Assembly: GCA_965233585.1 (NCBI GenBank)
Contig: CBDDTI010000747.1
Coordinates: forward strand, 416,001-480,000
Direction of reading: 5' to 3'
Origin: a bacterium
GTDB lineage: Bacteria; SAR324; NAC60-12
Length of the DNA stretch: 64,000 nt
Below the pieces are notes generated by a model that worked only from the letters and a program-made list of their open reading frames with translations, did not search any database and had not been told where the DNA came from. Of the stretch, positions 43,281 through 53,237 are shown in pieces. The position numbers and the translations under genes are program-made. Each line of letters begins with the position of its first letter. Positions within the stretch are counted from its first letter, which is position 1.

Positions 43281-44354
43281 TTAGTTTGATGTTTTCTTCC
43301 AAAAACCCACAGCACAGACTTGGGACTTCTTTAATCCAATGTCAGAAAAGTACTGCTTCATCAATGCAGCTTCTTGTTGATAAGAAACAAACCAGCAATA
43401 AGTTTCTGTGCTTTTAGGAATCTCAATGGCTTTGACTGCTTCTGCTAGGTTTGCTTGTTTATTGCGAAAAATCCATTCTACTTGAATATCTGATTTTGTA
43501 TTGACTTCTTGCATGCTTTCTGGAGTAGGTACTAGCATCACAGCATGTCCCTTCATACCTTCTGGAGCAGACTCCAAGACACGCATGACTGTTGGTAAGG
43601 CAGTTTCATCAGCAGCCATCAAAATCCATTCTTGATGGCTTGGTGGAGGTGTCCCGCCTGGTCCTGAAATTCCGACTGTTTCGCCAATAGGAAGGCTTGC
43701 TGCCCATTCTGAGGTAGGACCTCCTTCATGGATAAAAATATCAAATATCAATTCTTTTTGGGCTAAGTCAAGAAAGCGAGTGGTGTATGTTTTCCGAATC
43801 AATGCGTGTTCTCCTTGTGGCCAAATCGTGTTGCCTTTCTCATTGATCAGAGGCCAAATCGTGCGTTCTGAAGGCTGGCAAGAGCGAATCAACTTAAAAT
43901 GCAAGGCTTGTGTAAATCGTTCTAAATCTTCTCCTTGAACAGTCATACGATAAAAATGAGGGGTCAACAATTCTACTTTTTTGACTTGAACCAATCGGAA
44001 GTTAGGAGGAAAGGCATTGACTGCAATCTCCCCAGACCATGTTAATTCAGGCAAATGTCCATCTTGGGTCAGTTGATCTTCTTCAAAATGCTGGTTGATA
44101 TGGGCAATGCGGTCTCGTGATTCTTGTAATTTTGTGGCATCATTGCAGACGATTTGAAAAGTAATATTTTCCGTAGTGTTTTGAACGATTGTCATTGTTC
44201 CAAAAGGGCTGTGAGCAATCAAGGTTTGTTCATCAGGAGTTTCTAGTTGACGTTCTGGGTCGCTGTGTTCTTGTAGCAAGTTTTTCCAATAATCCAAAAG
44301 CAGTTTTGCTTTTAACGTTTGGAGGCTTGCTGTGGTTTTAAATTCTTGCATCAT
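43281..44354 (-). CDS. Siderophore-interacting protein (ViuB-like) with N-terminal extension
   Basis: RKTYTTR, DIFIHEGGPTSEWA, GPGG, ADETALP, GFWK. Confidence 0.88.
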   Translation of the reverse strand: MMQEFKTTASLQTLKAKLLLDYWKNLLQEHSDPERQLETPDEQTLIAHSPFGTMTIVQNTTENITFQIVCNDATKLQESRDRIAHINQHFEEDQLTQDGHLPELTWSGEIAVNAFPPNFRLVQVKKVELLTPHFYRMTVQGEDLERFTQALHFKLIRSCQPSERTIWPLINEKGNTIWPQGEHALIRKTYTTRFLDLAQKELIFDIFIHEGGPTSEWAASLPIGETVGISGPGGTPPPSHQEWILMAADETALPTVMRVLESAPEGMKGHAVMLVPTPESMQEVNTKSDIQVEWIFRNKQANLAEAVKAIEIPKSTETYCWFVSYQQEAALMKQYFSDIGLKKSQVCAVGFWKKTSN

Positions 44355-44510
44355 GTTTTTAGGTTTAAAATGGTTATGGCTAAATCATCGTTTTTTCAAT
44401 TCACAGTGATTAAATTTTGCTCAAAGTGGAAAAAAGATTTGGAGAATTTGAGAAAAAGTTTAAAAAATCAAAACTATACGCGAATCCGACTCAAATTGTA
44501 ATAAAAAAAC

Positions 44511-44540
44511 TTGACAACGTTTGGGCATTCCGATTAGAAT
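44511..44540 (+). promoter_or_regulatory. Sigma70-like promoter
   Basis: TTGACA-18 nt-TAGAAT with upstream A-tract. Confidence 0.55.
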
Positions 44541-44593
44541 CGTGATTTTGGATTGGACGCAATAATTAAAACATCTAACCTAGAGTTCATCAA

Positions 44594-44680
44594 ATGAGTG
44601 ACTTGATTTTACTTTCGTCTGGTATGTCATTATCTCACCTCCTTCCTTCTTCCTTCTGTTGTTGCTGTTGTTGCAGCTAA
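44594..44680 (+). other. Candidate 28-aa sORF MSDLILLSSGMSLSHLLPSSFCCCCCCS, or seed region of a small RNA
   Basis: Six consecutive Cys codons; embedded TCACCTCCTT anti-SD. Confidence 0.4.
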
Positions 44681-44882
44681 CATTTCTTCTTTCAAAAAGG
44701 GTTTCTTATTAGGAACTCAAAAAAATCAATCTCATATTTTTTTGACTTGCTTTAAAACAGTTGATTGAACAGACTGTTTGAAAGTGTCTTTGGACAGGTT
44801 CTTTAGAGTCAATTTTTAGCTTTCTTAGCTTTCTTAAATCTTGTTTTAGCTTTTTTTAATTTTTTATATTGAGGAGTTTTAG

Positions 44883-45158
44883 ATGACCCAGTCATTCGTT
44901 ATTTCTTTTGGAATGGAAGCGATCCGTATGTCAGTGATCCTTTCTGCTCCGATGTTAGTTGGAGCTTTGGTGATAGGTTTGATTATTTCTATTTTTCAGG
45001 CAGTGACACAAATTCAAGAGCAAACTTTAGCAATCATTCCCAAAATGGCAGCAATCTTGGGCATCATGGCGTTTTTGTTCCCATGGCTTTTGGCACAATC
45101 TGTTAGCTATATGGAAGCTGTTTTTGTCAACCTTCCCCGTTATGTGGTAGGAGGTTAA
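44883..45158 (+). CDS. fliQ: Flagellar/T3SS export apparatus protein FliQ
   Basis: GLIISIFQAVTQIQEQTLAIIPK signature; GAGGAG RBS. Confidence 0.92.
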   Translation: MTQSFVISFGMEAIRMSVILSAPMLVGALVIGLIISIFQAVTQIQEQTLAIIPKMAAILGIMAFLFPWLLAQSVSYMEAVFVNLPRYVVGG

Positions 45159-45159
45159 T

Positions 45160-46632
45160 ATGTTGGACTATATGAGAGATAGCAAATCCATTTTGCAAGG
45201 TCAGCATCATCAGGTGGCAGATGTGTTTGACGTGTCTATCAGGGAGCAAGGCACAACCACTGTTTATGGTCAAACGACCAAAAGCATGTTGGAAGATTTT
45301 GAAGCGATGGAGGAATTTGGTGCAGTCAGAAAACAAATTGCCTCCTTTAACTTTAGGGATTTATACACTGTGCAAGATCAATTTGTGGAAGTTTTGAAAG
45401 ACAGGCAAAGCGATCTTGAAGGCTGTTTTGCCGCCTTTCCTTTGGAAGACTATGATGTCAGTTTGAAAAAATTTGACAACTATCAAATTCCCAATCTCTT
45501 CATTGATGTTTTTTTTGCTCATGCAGACTCTACTTTTATTTATGAAGAAGCTCATCAAAAAGCAGAGTTATTGATTAAAGTGCTTAAACAGGCAAGGAAG
45601 ATTCTGGCTCCTGCTCAGATCAATCCTAAAACGGGCAAGCCGATTGGGGAAATTTACATCAATTTTGGTGATTATTTTGAGCAAAGGGAGCATGTCAGTT
45701 TTTTTGATGATGTGTTTACAGAAGTCAAAAAAGTCAGCTTTCAGGGAGTCTGCTTTGAAGAATTTCGGGGGATTAGTTTGTTGGAAGACATCTATTCTGC
45801 CACACAGTACTTGCGTGAACATTTTCCTCATGGGCAATATCAAATTTTGTCTCATATTCATGGGGGCAATGGGTTGGAAGATGCAGCAAATTTAGTGGCA
45901 GCAGTGGCTGGGGCAAATGGTGTTTGGTCTGCTTTGACGCCTCTTTCTTCGCTTTCTTCACACGGGTCGTCATTGGTTTATCTGACCAATTTAATCCGTT
46001 ATGGCAACCCCCAAGTTGAACAAAAATACAACATGAAGAAATCCTATCAGATTAGCAAAGAGATGTATCTGCGTTCTTTTGCTAATCAAGAGCAGATTCC
46101 AAGAGAACTGCCCGTCATTGGAAGGAACGCTTACAACCTGAATCGTGCAGACCTTTCACAAGAAGATAATGATATTCCAAACACAATTCCGAGTCAAAAA
46201 ATAGGGAGAACGTTGTCTCATCGCTTCGTCCCCCTTCTGTATGACCATGCTTCCATTCAAGCACGATTTGCAGAGTTGGGGTTTCACATCAATCATTTTC
46301 AGATAGAGCAATTCACAAACTACGTGCATCAACGTCTTGTTGATGATTTTCATTATACTGAAGACACCAGAATAGACTTTGATTCTCCTGAATTTTTAAA
46401 AAGTTACATCTGCCAATCTTTGCAAAAGAAACAAGCAGTCAACTTTTGGGATACAACGACCATCACATCTCATGTCAATCTTTGCAAAAGAAACAAGCAA
46501 TCAATTTTTGGGATACAACGACCATCACATCTCATGTCAATCTTTGCAAAAGAAACAAGCAGTCAGTTTTTAGCTTATAACTCATTTAAGCGGGTCAAAA
46601 TCTGCAAGACCCCAAAACACAGGGAGAGTTGA
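45160..46632 (+). CDS. Divergent DRE-TIM-like barrel protein of unknown function; C-terminus extended by a tandem repeat
   Basis: DVSIRE, HIHGGNGLEDAANLVAAVAGA. Confidence 0.55.
   Translation: MLDYMRDSKSILQGQHHQVADVFDVSIREQGTTTVYGQTTKSMLEDFEAMEEFGAVRKQIASFNFRDLYTVQDQFVEVLKDRQSDLEGCFAAFPLEDYDVSLKKFDNYQIPNLFIDVFFAHADSTFIYEEAHQKAELLIKVLKQARKILAPAQINPKTGKPIGEIYINFGDYFEQREHVSFFDDVFTEVKKVSFQGVCFEEFRGISLLEDIYSATQYLREHFPHGQYQILSHIHGGNGLEDAANLVAAVAGANGVWSALTPLSSLSSHGSSLVYLTNLIRYGNPQVEQKYNMKKSYQISKEMYLRSFANQEQIPRELPVIGRNAYNLNRADLSQEDNDIPNTIPSQKIGRTLSHRFVPLLYDHASIQARFAELGFHINHFQIEQFTNYVHQRLVDDFHYTEDTRIDFDSPEFLKSYICQSLQKKQAVNFWDTTTITSHVNLCKRNKQSIFGIQRPSHLMSIFAKETSSQFLAYNSFKRVKICKTPKHRES
46414..46565. 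repeat. 62-bp tandem repeat, about 2.5 copies
   Basis: CAATCTTTGCAAAAGAAACAAGCA.TCA at 46414, 46476, 46538. Confidence 0.93.
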
Positions 46633-47006
46633 TATATGGCGATTTGCGTGTTCGTCATCTGACACTGCTTTTAAATTCTGTTTTCCAACAGCTGATGTGA
46701 CAAGTGAAGTAGGAATGGGTTCAATGACGAAAATAAGTTTTTCATCAAATTTTGAGAATAAGTTTGAAAAATCTTGATAATTTTTAAAAAAGTGTTATAT
46801 TCTTCTGAACTTAGTTTGAAGAAGCCTTTTAAAAATGCAAGATTGTAATCTGTTTTCACTCCCTCATCCTTATTTTCTTTCGCTTCTACATGCGTTGTTT
46901 CATTAAGACTAAGTAGGTCCCGTTCGCTTTCAAAGGAAGCGTTGTTTTTACACTGATTTATCTCGCTTGAATCAGTTTTTAATGAACCTATTTAGAACTT
47001 TTTAAA

Positions 47007-47861
47007 ATGAAATCAACAGTACCAATTTTATCAGAATTTTTGCACCCAGAGATTCAAGAACATTTAGAGACTTTAATTGTCAAACGCATTGGGCATTCTC
47101 CTGATGCTTACATGATCACCGATTGTATTCTTTCTGACCTTCTACCAAAAAGACGTTACAGATTTGCCAAACATGGTTTTGAGCAGGTAGATGTTCAAAC
47201 TCCATTGACTGCTTACGATGACCAAACAGAAGCAGACATTCCCTATCTGACTTTAACAGGAGAATGGTGTTACCAAACGTCAAAGGACTTTGCTCTTGGA
47301 GAAAAGAACTCAAATATACTAGGAGACAACGGAGCATTGTTGCTGGATCTTGCTGAACAGAAATTGAGCTTGCCTGTCATCTCTGCCACACAAAAAGCCT
47401 TGAATGTTTACGGAGCTCAGTTAGTGAAGTGGGGAGACGTCATTTCTTTTCCCTGCTCACAACCCTTACCTGCAACAGTGGTCAGGGTTGGTAAAGACTA
47501 TGTGGAAGATTATTTGTTGGTGACAGATAAAGGCGGGGGGTGTTATTTGGAATACCATGACCGCCCTCATTTTCATTCGCCGATGGACGAACAGGCTGGA
47601 GGGTGTTTGATTTTGGGTAAAGCCAATATTCCAAGAAAGACCTATCAGATTACAGGCTTTCGTATCCCTTATGGTTATGGGGTTCTGATGCACCCCAGCG
47701 TTTTGCATGCAGATTCATACCTCATTGGAAAATTTATTGTTGTTTACCATGTGGCTTATCACTATTCCACTGTCATTATGTATAACCAAAATCTTCAAAG
47801 TTGTAGTTTCAATCTGATTCCCATGAGTGCCAAGTGCAATCCTCCAAACGAAAAGCCATAG
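47007..47861 (+). CDS. Hypothetical protein with cupin-like (ureidoglycolate lyase-like) C-terminus
   Basis: LEYHDRPHFH...FRIPYGYG...LHAD. Confidence 0.45.
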   Translation: MKSTVPILSEFLHPEIQEHLETLIVKRIGHSPDAYMITDCILSDLLPKRRYRFAKHGFEQVDVQTPLTAYDDQTEADIPYLTLTGEWCYQTSKDFALGEKNSNILGDNGALLLDLAEQKLSLPVISATQKALNVYGAQLVKWGDVISFPCSQPLPATVVRVGKDYVEDYLLVTDKGGGCYLEYHDRPHFHSPMDEQAGGCLILGKANIPRKTYQITGFRIPYGYGVLMHPSVLHADSYLIGKFIVVYHVAYHYSTVIMYNQNLQSCSFNLIPMSAKCNPPNEKP

Positions 47862-48619
47862 ACGCATTCATTTTTGTAGCCCTCTTTTTAGGATTGGGCT
47901 ACTCCATCTGGGAAAGTGGCAGTCAGTTCAACTACAACTGGCAATGGAATCAGGTTTTGTCATTTTTCTATGAAATTGATGAAGGAGAGTTTTATTTTGG
48001 CGTTTTTTATGATGGTTTGGTGGTGACTTTTCAGGTGGCAGGAACGTCTTTTGTGTTGGCATCATTGCTTGGCTTGGTGGTGATGCTGATGTCTCAAAGT
48101 TCAAGTTATGTTGCCAAAGGCTGGAGTCTGGTCTACGTTGAATTGATACGGAATACACCTGTTTTAATACAGATTTATTTGATTTATTTTTTACTGGGTC
48201 CAACTTTAGGCTGGAGTCGTATGACATGCGGAATTGTAGCTTTGTCCATTTTTGAATCGGCTTATGTTGCAGAAATTTTTAGGTCTGGAGTGCAAAGTGT
48301 TCCCAAAGGGCAATGGGAGGCATCTCGTTCTCTGGGGTTGTCACAATTCAGAACCTATTTGTTTGTGATTCTACCCCAAGCCTTGCGTTTAGTTTTACCA
48401 CCAATGACTAATGTACTCATCAATTTGGTCAAAAATTCTTCTATTGTGAGCGTCATTGCGATTGCAGATTTAACAACAGAAGCTAGAAATGCTGTTGCAG
48501 ACACGTTCCTTTCCTTTGAAATTTGGTTTTCAGTGGCATTGGTTTATTTAATCATCACAATTTTGATTTCTGTCAGCATGGGCTTTGTGGAGTCTCTGGT
48601 GAGGATTAAAGGGACTTAA
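47834..48619 (+). CDS. Polar amino acid ABC transporter permease
   Basis: RNTPVLIQ, SAYVAEIFRSG..VPKGQWEA, LVKNSS. Confidence 0.92.
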   Translation: MQSSKRKAIDAFIFVALFLGLGYSIWESGSQFNYNWQWNQVLSFFYEIDEGEFYFGVFYDGLVVTFQVAGTSFVLASLLGLVVMLMSQSSSYVAKGWSLVYVELIRNTPVLIQIYLIYFLLGPTLGWSRMTCGIVALSIFESAYVAEIFRSGVQSVPKGQWEASRSLGLSQFRTYLFVILPQALRLVLPPMTNVLINLVKNSSIVSVIAIADLTTEARNAVADTFLSFEIWFSVALVYLIITILISVSMGFVESLVRIKGT

Positions 48620-48629
48620 TTTTTTTAAA

Positions 48630-49493
48630 ATGTTTAAAAAATTACATTATTTAGACGTACTCTTAATCATCGCTTTGGGTGTATTGACCTTTTTGGTTTA
48701 TACCAATGTCAGTCAATTTAACTATAACTGGCAGTGGGACAGTGCTTGGTCGTTTCTTGTCAAGTATGATGAATCTGAAGGCTACAGTCTGGGTGTGATG
48801 ACTTCAGGACTGTTGGTTACACTTAAAATTGTCTTTTGGTCAACAATCATTGCTTTGGTTGTTGGGGGCATTTTAGGTGTCTCAAGGATTAGTCGCATTT
48901 TATTTTTAAAGTTGTTCAGTCGGACTTATGTGGAATTGATTAGAAACATTCCACCTTTGGTCTTTTTGTTTATTTTCTATTTTTTCATTTCTTCGCAGAT
49001 TATGCCTTTAGCCAACATTGCTACTTGGACGCAAGGACTCTCTGCAACACAGAAGCAATGGATTACCATCTTTTTTGTTAAGCCTGAATTGATTGAAAAC
49101 TTTGTCTCAGGAGCCATTTGTCTAGCATTGTTTGAGGCAGCCTATATCGCAGAAATTGTGCGAGCAGGGCTTGAATCCATTCCTAAGGGACAATGGGAGG
49201 CTTCCAGCTCGCTTGGCATGAGTTGGTATAGGCAAGTTCGTCATGTCATCTTACCCCAAGCCACAATGCGTGTCTTGCCTCCTCTGGCAGGTCAAGTCAT
49301 TTCACTTGTCAAAGATTCCTCCATTTTGTCCATCATTTCTATTCAAGAACTGACATTTTCCACCCTAGAACTCCAAGTTTCTACAAGACGAATGTTTGAG
49401 TTGTGGCTGATGACAGCAGGGCTTTATTTTATGGTCTGCTTTTGCTTCTCAATCCTTTTCCGCACTTTAGAAAAAAGAAAAAATTCTATTTAA
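48630..49493 (+). CDS. Polar amino acid ABC transporter permease
   Basis: RNIPPL, AAYIAEIVRAG..IPKGQWEA, LVKDSS. Confidence 0.92.
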   Translation: MFKKLHYLDVLLIIALGVLTFLVYTNVSQFNYNWQWDSAWSFLVKYDESEGYSLGVMTSGLLVTLKIVFWSTIIALVVGGILGVSRISRILFLKLFSRTYVELIRNIPPLVFLFIFYFFISSQIMPLANIATWTQGLSATQKQWITIFFVKPELIENFVSGAICLALFEAAYIAEIVRAGLESIPKGQWEASSSLGMSWYRQVRHVILPQATMRVLPPLAGQVISLVKDSSILSIISIQELTFSTLELQVSTRRMFELWLMTAGLYFMVCFCFSILFRTLEKRKNSI

Positions 49494-49510
49494 ACCAATC
49501 TCTTGAATGA

Positions 49511-49780
49511 ATGATAACAGAAAAAATGAAAATTGATTTACTAACCATCAAAGAGGCTAGCCAATGGGCAAGTGACTATTTGAAAAAGAACATTACAACA
49601 TCAAATATCTCTTATCTCATTCAATATGGGAAGGTTAAAAAATATCAAAAAAACGGTCGCACAACTATCAACAAAAATGACCTAATCAACTATTATCAAA
49701 GCTACCATTATCAAAGAAAAAATGACTGGCATGAGCAATTAGGAGAAGATTTAAATTGGGCTTTATCTTTTGATTTTTTT
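49511..49780 (+). pseudogene. N-terminal fragment of a probable site-specific DNA methyltransferase
   Basis: LTIKEASQWAS...SNISYLIQYG...LGEDLNWALSFD recalled as the N-terminus of an N4/N6 MTase family; then runs into REP remnants. Confidence 0.55.
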
Positions 49781-49804
49781 ATGAAAGAAAATTCTTTTTT
49801 AGAC

Positions 49805-49905
49805 AATAATTGCGGCTCAAGACCGCAATGGCTGATAGCAAGTCAAGCCATGACCCATCCAACCTTATTACTTTTTTGTCATTCTGAACTGGATTCAGAA
49901 TCTCA
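49805..49905. repeat. Divergent REP-like palindromes
   Basis: ATTGCGGCTCAAGACCGCAATG; GTCATTCTGAACTGGATTCAGAATCTC. Confidence 0.7.
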
Positions 49906-50009
49906 AAAATAGAGGATGAAAACTCACTCCAGAGGAAAATAAGAAATTAGGAGAAGTGGGGTTGTAGGTCAAGCCTGCAATAACTGGAAGGTGAAGAGTA
50001 CTAAATTGG

Positions 50010-50294
50010 CTAAAGCAGAATTTCCCATTCAGAAGGTAAAAGGTAATGCTTGCTGCTGTTGCATTCTTTACAAGCAGGGACAACATTGGATTTGACGCTT
50101 TTGCCTCCCCTTGAAATAGGGACAACATGATCCATCGTCAACTTTTTTGCTGCAAATTGTTGCTTGCAATAATAGCAGATGTTGTATGCCCTGCGGTTCT
50201 TCCACCATTGGGAGTTTCGCAAATCTCTTGCTCTACGTTTTTCTCTGGCAATATGTTCTGGGTCTGCCACCTCAAAAAAAACAGAGTTTGTCAT
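50010..50294 (-). CDS. Small HNH endonuclease-family protein
   Basis: CYYC..TMDHVVPISRGG...NVVPACKECN; ATG overlaps the leuD stop (TGATG). Confidence 0.88.
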   Translation of the reverse strand: MTNSVFFEVADPEHIAREKRRARDLRNSQWWKNRRAYNICYYCKQQFAAKKLTMDHVVPISRGGKSVKSNVVPACKECNSSKHYLLPSEWEILL

Positions 50295-50917
50295 CAGTGA
50301 TTCAAGTCGTTCCAAGGTGTTTGGCAGAGGCTGTTTTTTTCAAATTGTTCAATGTGTTCTAAAAATTGCAGTGTCCAACCAATTTCATCTAATCCTTTCA
50401 ACAACTTTTCTTTGGCAAAAGAATCCACATCAAAGCTAAAAAGGTTGCCTTCAGGCGTCAATACGGTTTGTTCTCTCAAATCTACTTCTACTTGAGCATG
50501 CTCCTTTGATTCAATTTCTGTGAATAATTGTTGAATGTCAGCATTGCTTAATTTGATTGGTAAAATACCATTTTTAAAACAATTATTGTAAAAAATGTCA
50601 GCAAAACTTGGTGCTAAGATGCAACGGAATCCGTAATCATGCAAAGCCCAAGGGGCATGCTCACGGCTTGAACCACAGCCAAAGTTATCTCGTGTGACAA
50701 GGATTTTTGCCCCTTGGTAACGTGGCTCATTTAGCTCAAACTCGGGGTTTGGAACTTCCCCTTCATCATCAAGAAACCGCCAATCGTGGAAAAGATGCTT
50801 GCCAAAACCTGTGCGTTCAATCTTTTTTAAAAACTGTTTGGGAATGATGGCATCAGTGTCCACATCAACACGGTTGAGTAATGCAGCAGTGGCTTTGAGG
50901 TGAATCAATGGAGTCAT
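50294..50917 (-). CDS. leuD: 3-isopropylmalate dehydratase small subunit
   Basis: [32 protein letters not shown]. Confidence 0.97.
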   Translation of the reverse strand: MTPLIHLKATAALLNRVDVDTDAIIPKQFLKKIERTGFGKHLFHDWRFLDDEGEVPNPEFELNEPRYQGAKILVTRDNFGCGSSREHAPWALHDYGFRCILAPSFADIFYNNCFKNGILPIKLSNADIQQLFTEIESKEHAQVEVDLREQTVLTPEGNLFSFDVDSFAKEKLLKGLDEIGWTLQFLEHIEQFEKNSLCQTPWNDLNH

Positions 50918-50954
50918 TTTTTAAGAAATGTTTTTTGTGAGGTATGTTTTGGAT

Positions 50955-52349
50955 TTAAAGATGGCGGAAGTCTGCAAAATGACCTTGAATGGCAGTGGCT
51001 GCTGCAGTGGCAGGACTGACAAGATGCGTGCGTCCCCCTTTGCCTTGACGCCCTTCAAAGTTACGATTGCTTGTTGAGGCACAACGTTCGCCTTGTGCAA
51101 GTCTGTCATTATTCATAGCAAGGCACATAGAACAACCGGGTTCACGCCATTCAAAGCCTGCTTCTTTAAAAATCTGGTCAAGTCCTTCGTGTTCTGCTTG
51201 TTTTTTCACCAGCCCACTGCCTGGAACAATCATGGCTCGCACATGAGAGGCAACAGATTGTCCTTTGACAATAAAAGCTGCTTCTCGTAAATCTTCAATC
51301 CTTGCATTGGTGCAAGAACCAATAAAAACACAATCTACTTTCACATCTTGAATTTTTGTGCCTGCAGTGAGTCCCATGTAATTTAGTGCAGATTTGACAG
51401 CATTTTGATCTTTGGTCTGTGTGAAGTCTTTGGGTGAGGGAATGCGTCCTTCAATGTCAATGACCATACCCGGATTGACACCCCATGTGACTTGGGGAAT
51501 CATTTGAGAGACATCAATTTGTACAGTTTTGTCAAAAACCGCATCAGTATCAGAAGGTAGTTGTTTCCAAGCTTGAACAGCTTCTTCAAAATGTTTTCCA
51601 GAGGGTGCATAGGGGCGACCTTTTAGATATTCAAAAGTGGTTTCATCAGGTGCAACCAAACCTGCTCTTGCTCCTGCTTCTATACTCATATTGCAAAGGG
51701 TCATGCGTCCTTCCATAGAGAGTTTTTTAATCGCCTCCCCTGCATATTCAAACACATAACCTGCACCACCACTGACCCCAATCTTGCCAATGATGGCAAG
51801 GATTAGGTCTTTGGCAACCAGTTTGTCCGGAAGCACTCCTTGAATTTCAACCTGCATCGTCTTTGGCTTTTTTTGTTGCAAAGTTTGTGTTGCAAAAACA
51901 TGTTCTACTTCTGACGTTCCAATTCCAAAGGCTAATGCTCCAAATGCTCCGTGCGTGGAGGTGTGCGAGTCTCCACAGACAATCGTTGTGCCGGGCAAAG
52001 TCAAGCCTTGTTCTGGCGCCATCACGTGAACGATACCTTGCCTTTCATCGCATAGGTCAAAGAGTTTGACACCAAAGTCTTTGCAATTTTGACGCAAGGT
52101 TTCTACTTGGATTCTTGAGATTTCATCGTCAATGGGTTTGTCTTGATTTTGGGTAGGGACGTTATGGTCTGGCACAGCATAAGTAGCATGGGGACATCGC
52201 AAAGTGCGATTGTGCAGACGCAGTCCCTCAAACGCTTGTGGCGAGGTCACTTCATGCACTAAATGGCGGTCTATGTAAAGAATGGTTGTCCCCTTCTCTT
52301 CGTTTACCACGTGGGCATTCCAAATCTTTTCAAACATTGTAAGTGGCAT
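50955..52349 (-). CDS. leuC: 3-isopropylmalate dehydratase large subunit
   Basis: [45 protein letters not shown]; start MPLTMF. Confidence 0.97.
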   Translation of the reverse strand: MPLTMFEKIWNAHVVNEEKGTTILYIDRHLVHEVTSPQAFEGLRLHNRTLRCPHATYAVPDHNVPTQNQDKPIDDEISRIQVETLRQNCKDFGVKLFDLCDERQGIVHVMAPEQGLTLPGTTIVCGDSHTSTHGAFGALAFGIGTSEVEHVFATQTLQQKKPKTMQVEIQGVLPDKLVAKDLILAIIGKIGVSGGAGYVFEYAGEAIKKLSMEGRMTLCNMSIEAGARAGLVAPDETTFEYLKGRPYAPSGKHFEEAVQAWKQLPSDTDAVFDKTVQIDVSQMIPQVTWGVNPGMVIDIEGRIPSPKDFTQTKDQNAVKSALNYMGLTAGTKIQDVKVDCVFIGSCTNARIEDLREAAFIVKGQSVASHVRAMIVPGSGLVKKQAEHEGLDQIFKEAGFEWREPGCSMCLAMNNDRLAQGERCASTSNRNFEGRQGKGGRTHLVSPATAAATAIQGHFADFRHL

Positions 52350-52554
52350 CAATCTCCCTTGTATTCTTCGGTCTCTCCTTTTTTGTGTTAGGACAATCCT
52401 CACAAAAAATGACTTCTTCTTAACTTTAGTCAAAGCAAGCTGGTCATCAAACGGATTATCTTACCATCATTGGCAATGTTTTGTGAACCAAGTGAGTGAA
52501 TTTGAGAACAGAACCCATGACCAAACTTTGTCATTTGCTAAATTTTTGTCAGGC

Positions 52555-52860
52555 ATTGTTGATTCAACATCGCTTTTTCCAATTTTTCCCCTAACTTCCT
52601 CATTCCCTTGTCATTCCGCATCAAGCACTCAAGTGACAGAAAAAAAGAGAGGGGAATTGAAACGCTTTTTTTGTCATTGCTCACCTTGACCCGCAATCTC
52701 TTTTTTTTGTTTTCCCAAACTCTCCCGTCATTGCTTTCGTCATTGCGGGACCTGACCCGCAATCTCATTCTTCTCATCGTGTTGGCATTCTTTTTTTGAG
52801 ATTCCGCATCAAGCACTCAAATGACAGAGTCGTCATGCGTGCTTGCCCCGCAACCGCATC
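52555..52860. repeat. Cluster of REP-like palindromes
   Basis: GTCATTGCTCACCTTGACCCGCAATCTC, CGTCATTGCGGGACCTGACCCGCAATCTC, GATTCCGCATCAAGCAC. Confidence 0.85.
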
Positions 52861-53237
52861 TTTTGTTGTCTCTTTTCTCCCAACCTATTCAATTTTCCAA
52901 TTTTTTTGAAAAATCTTCAAAATTCCTTAAATTTTTTTCGGAATGTCTTTAACCCGCATCTTTCCTGACTTCCCAAAGACATTCCTTTGACAAAAAATCT
53001 TCAAAATTCCTTAAAAAACTAAAAAATGACCCCAAAAATTAAAAACGTTGGCTTGTTTTTTTTGTACGTGCATAATGCAAGTTTGGCTTTTCGCAAAACT
53101 CCCATCTTGAAAATAAATGAAGGTTTCATTTCAAGAGGAGAGTTTTTCGTGTGACAGCACCCTAAAGGGTGCTGTTGTGTTGTTGGTTTTTTAATTTTTC
53201 TTCATCTTGTTCAATTTTGTTTAATAGGTAGGTTTTT

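Noticed and set aside
44360..44400. Fur box upstream of the siderophore-interacting gene
   Set aside because: Only a weak partial match to GATAATGATAATCATTATC
44635..44644. 16S rRNA 3' end match
   Set aside because: Only 10 nt and no other rRNA sequence nearby; no rRNA or tRNA gene was recognised anywhere in the window
46414..46565. CRISPR-like geometry (28-bp repeat + 34-bp spacer)
   Set aside because: The two spacers are essentially identical, the array lies inside a CDS, and no cas genes are present; it is a tandem repeat
46671..46859. 62-aa minus-strand ORF
   Set aside because: AT-rich, no recognisable motif; unsupported
50010..50294. HNH protein as the REP-mobilising or defence nuclease
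   Set aside because: Translationally coupled to leuD and looks like a common small HNH family; proximity is the only link
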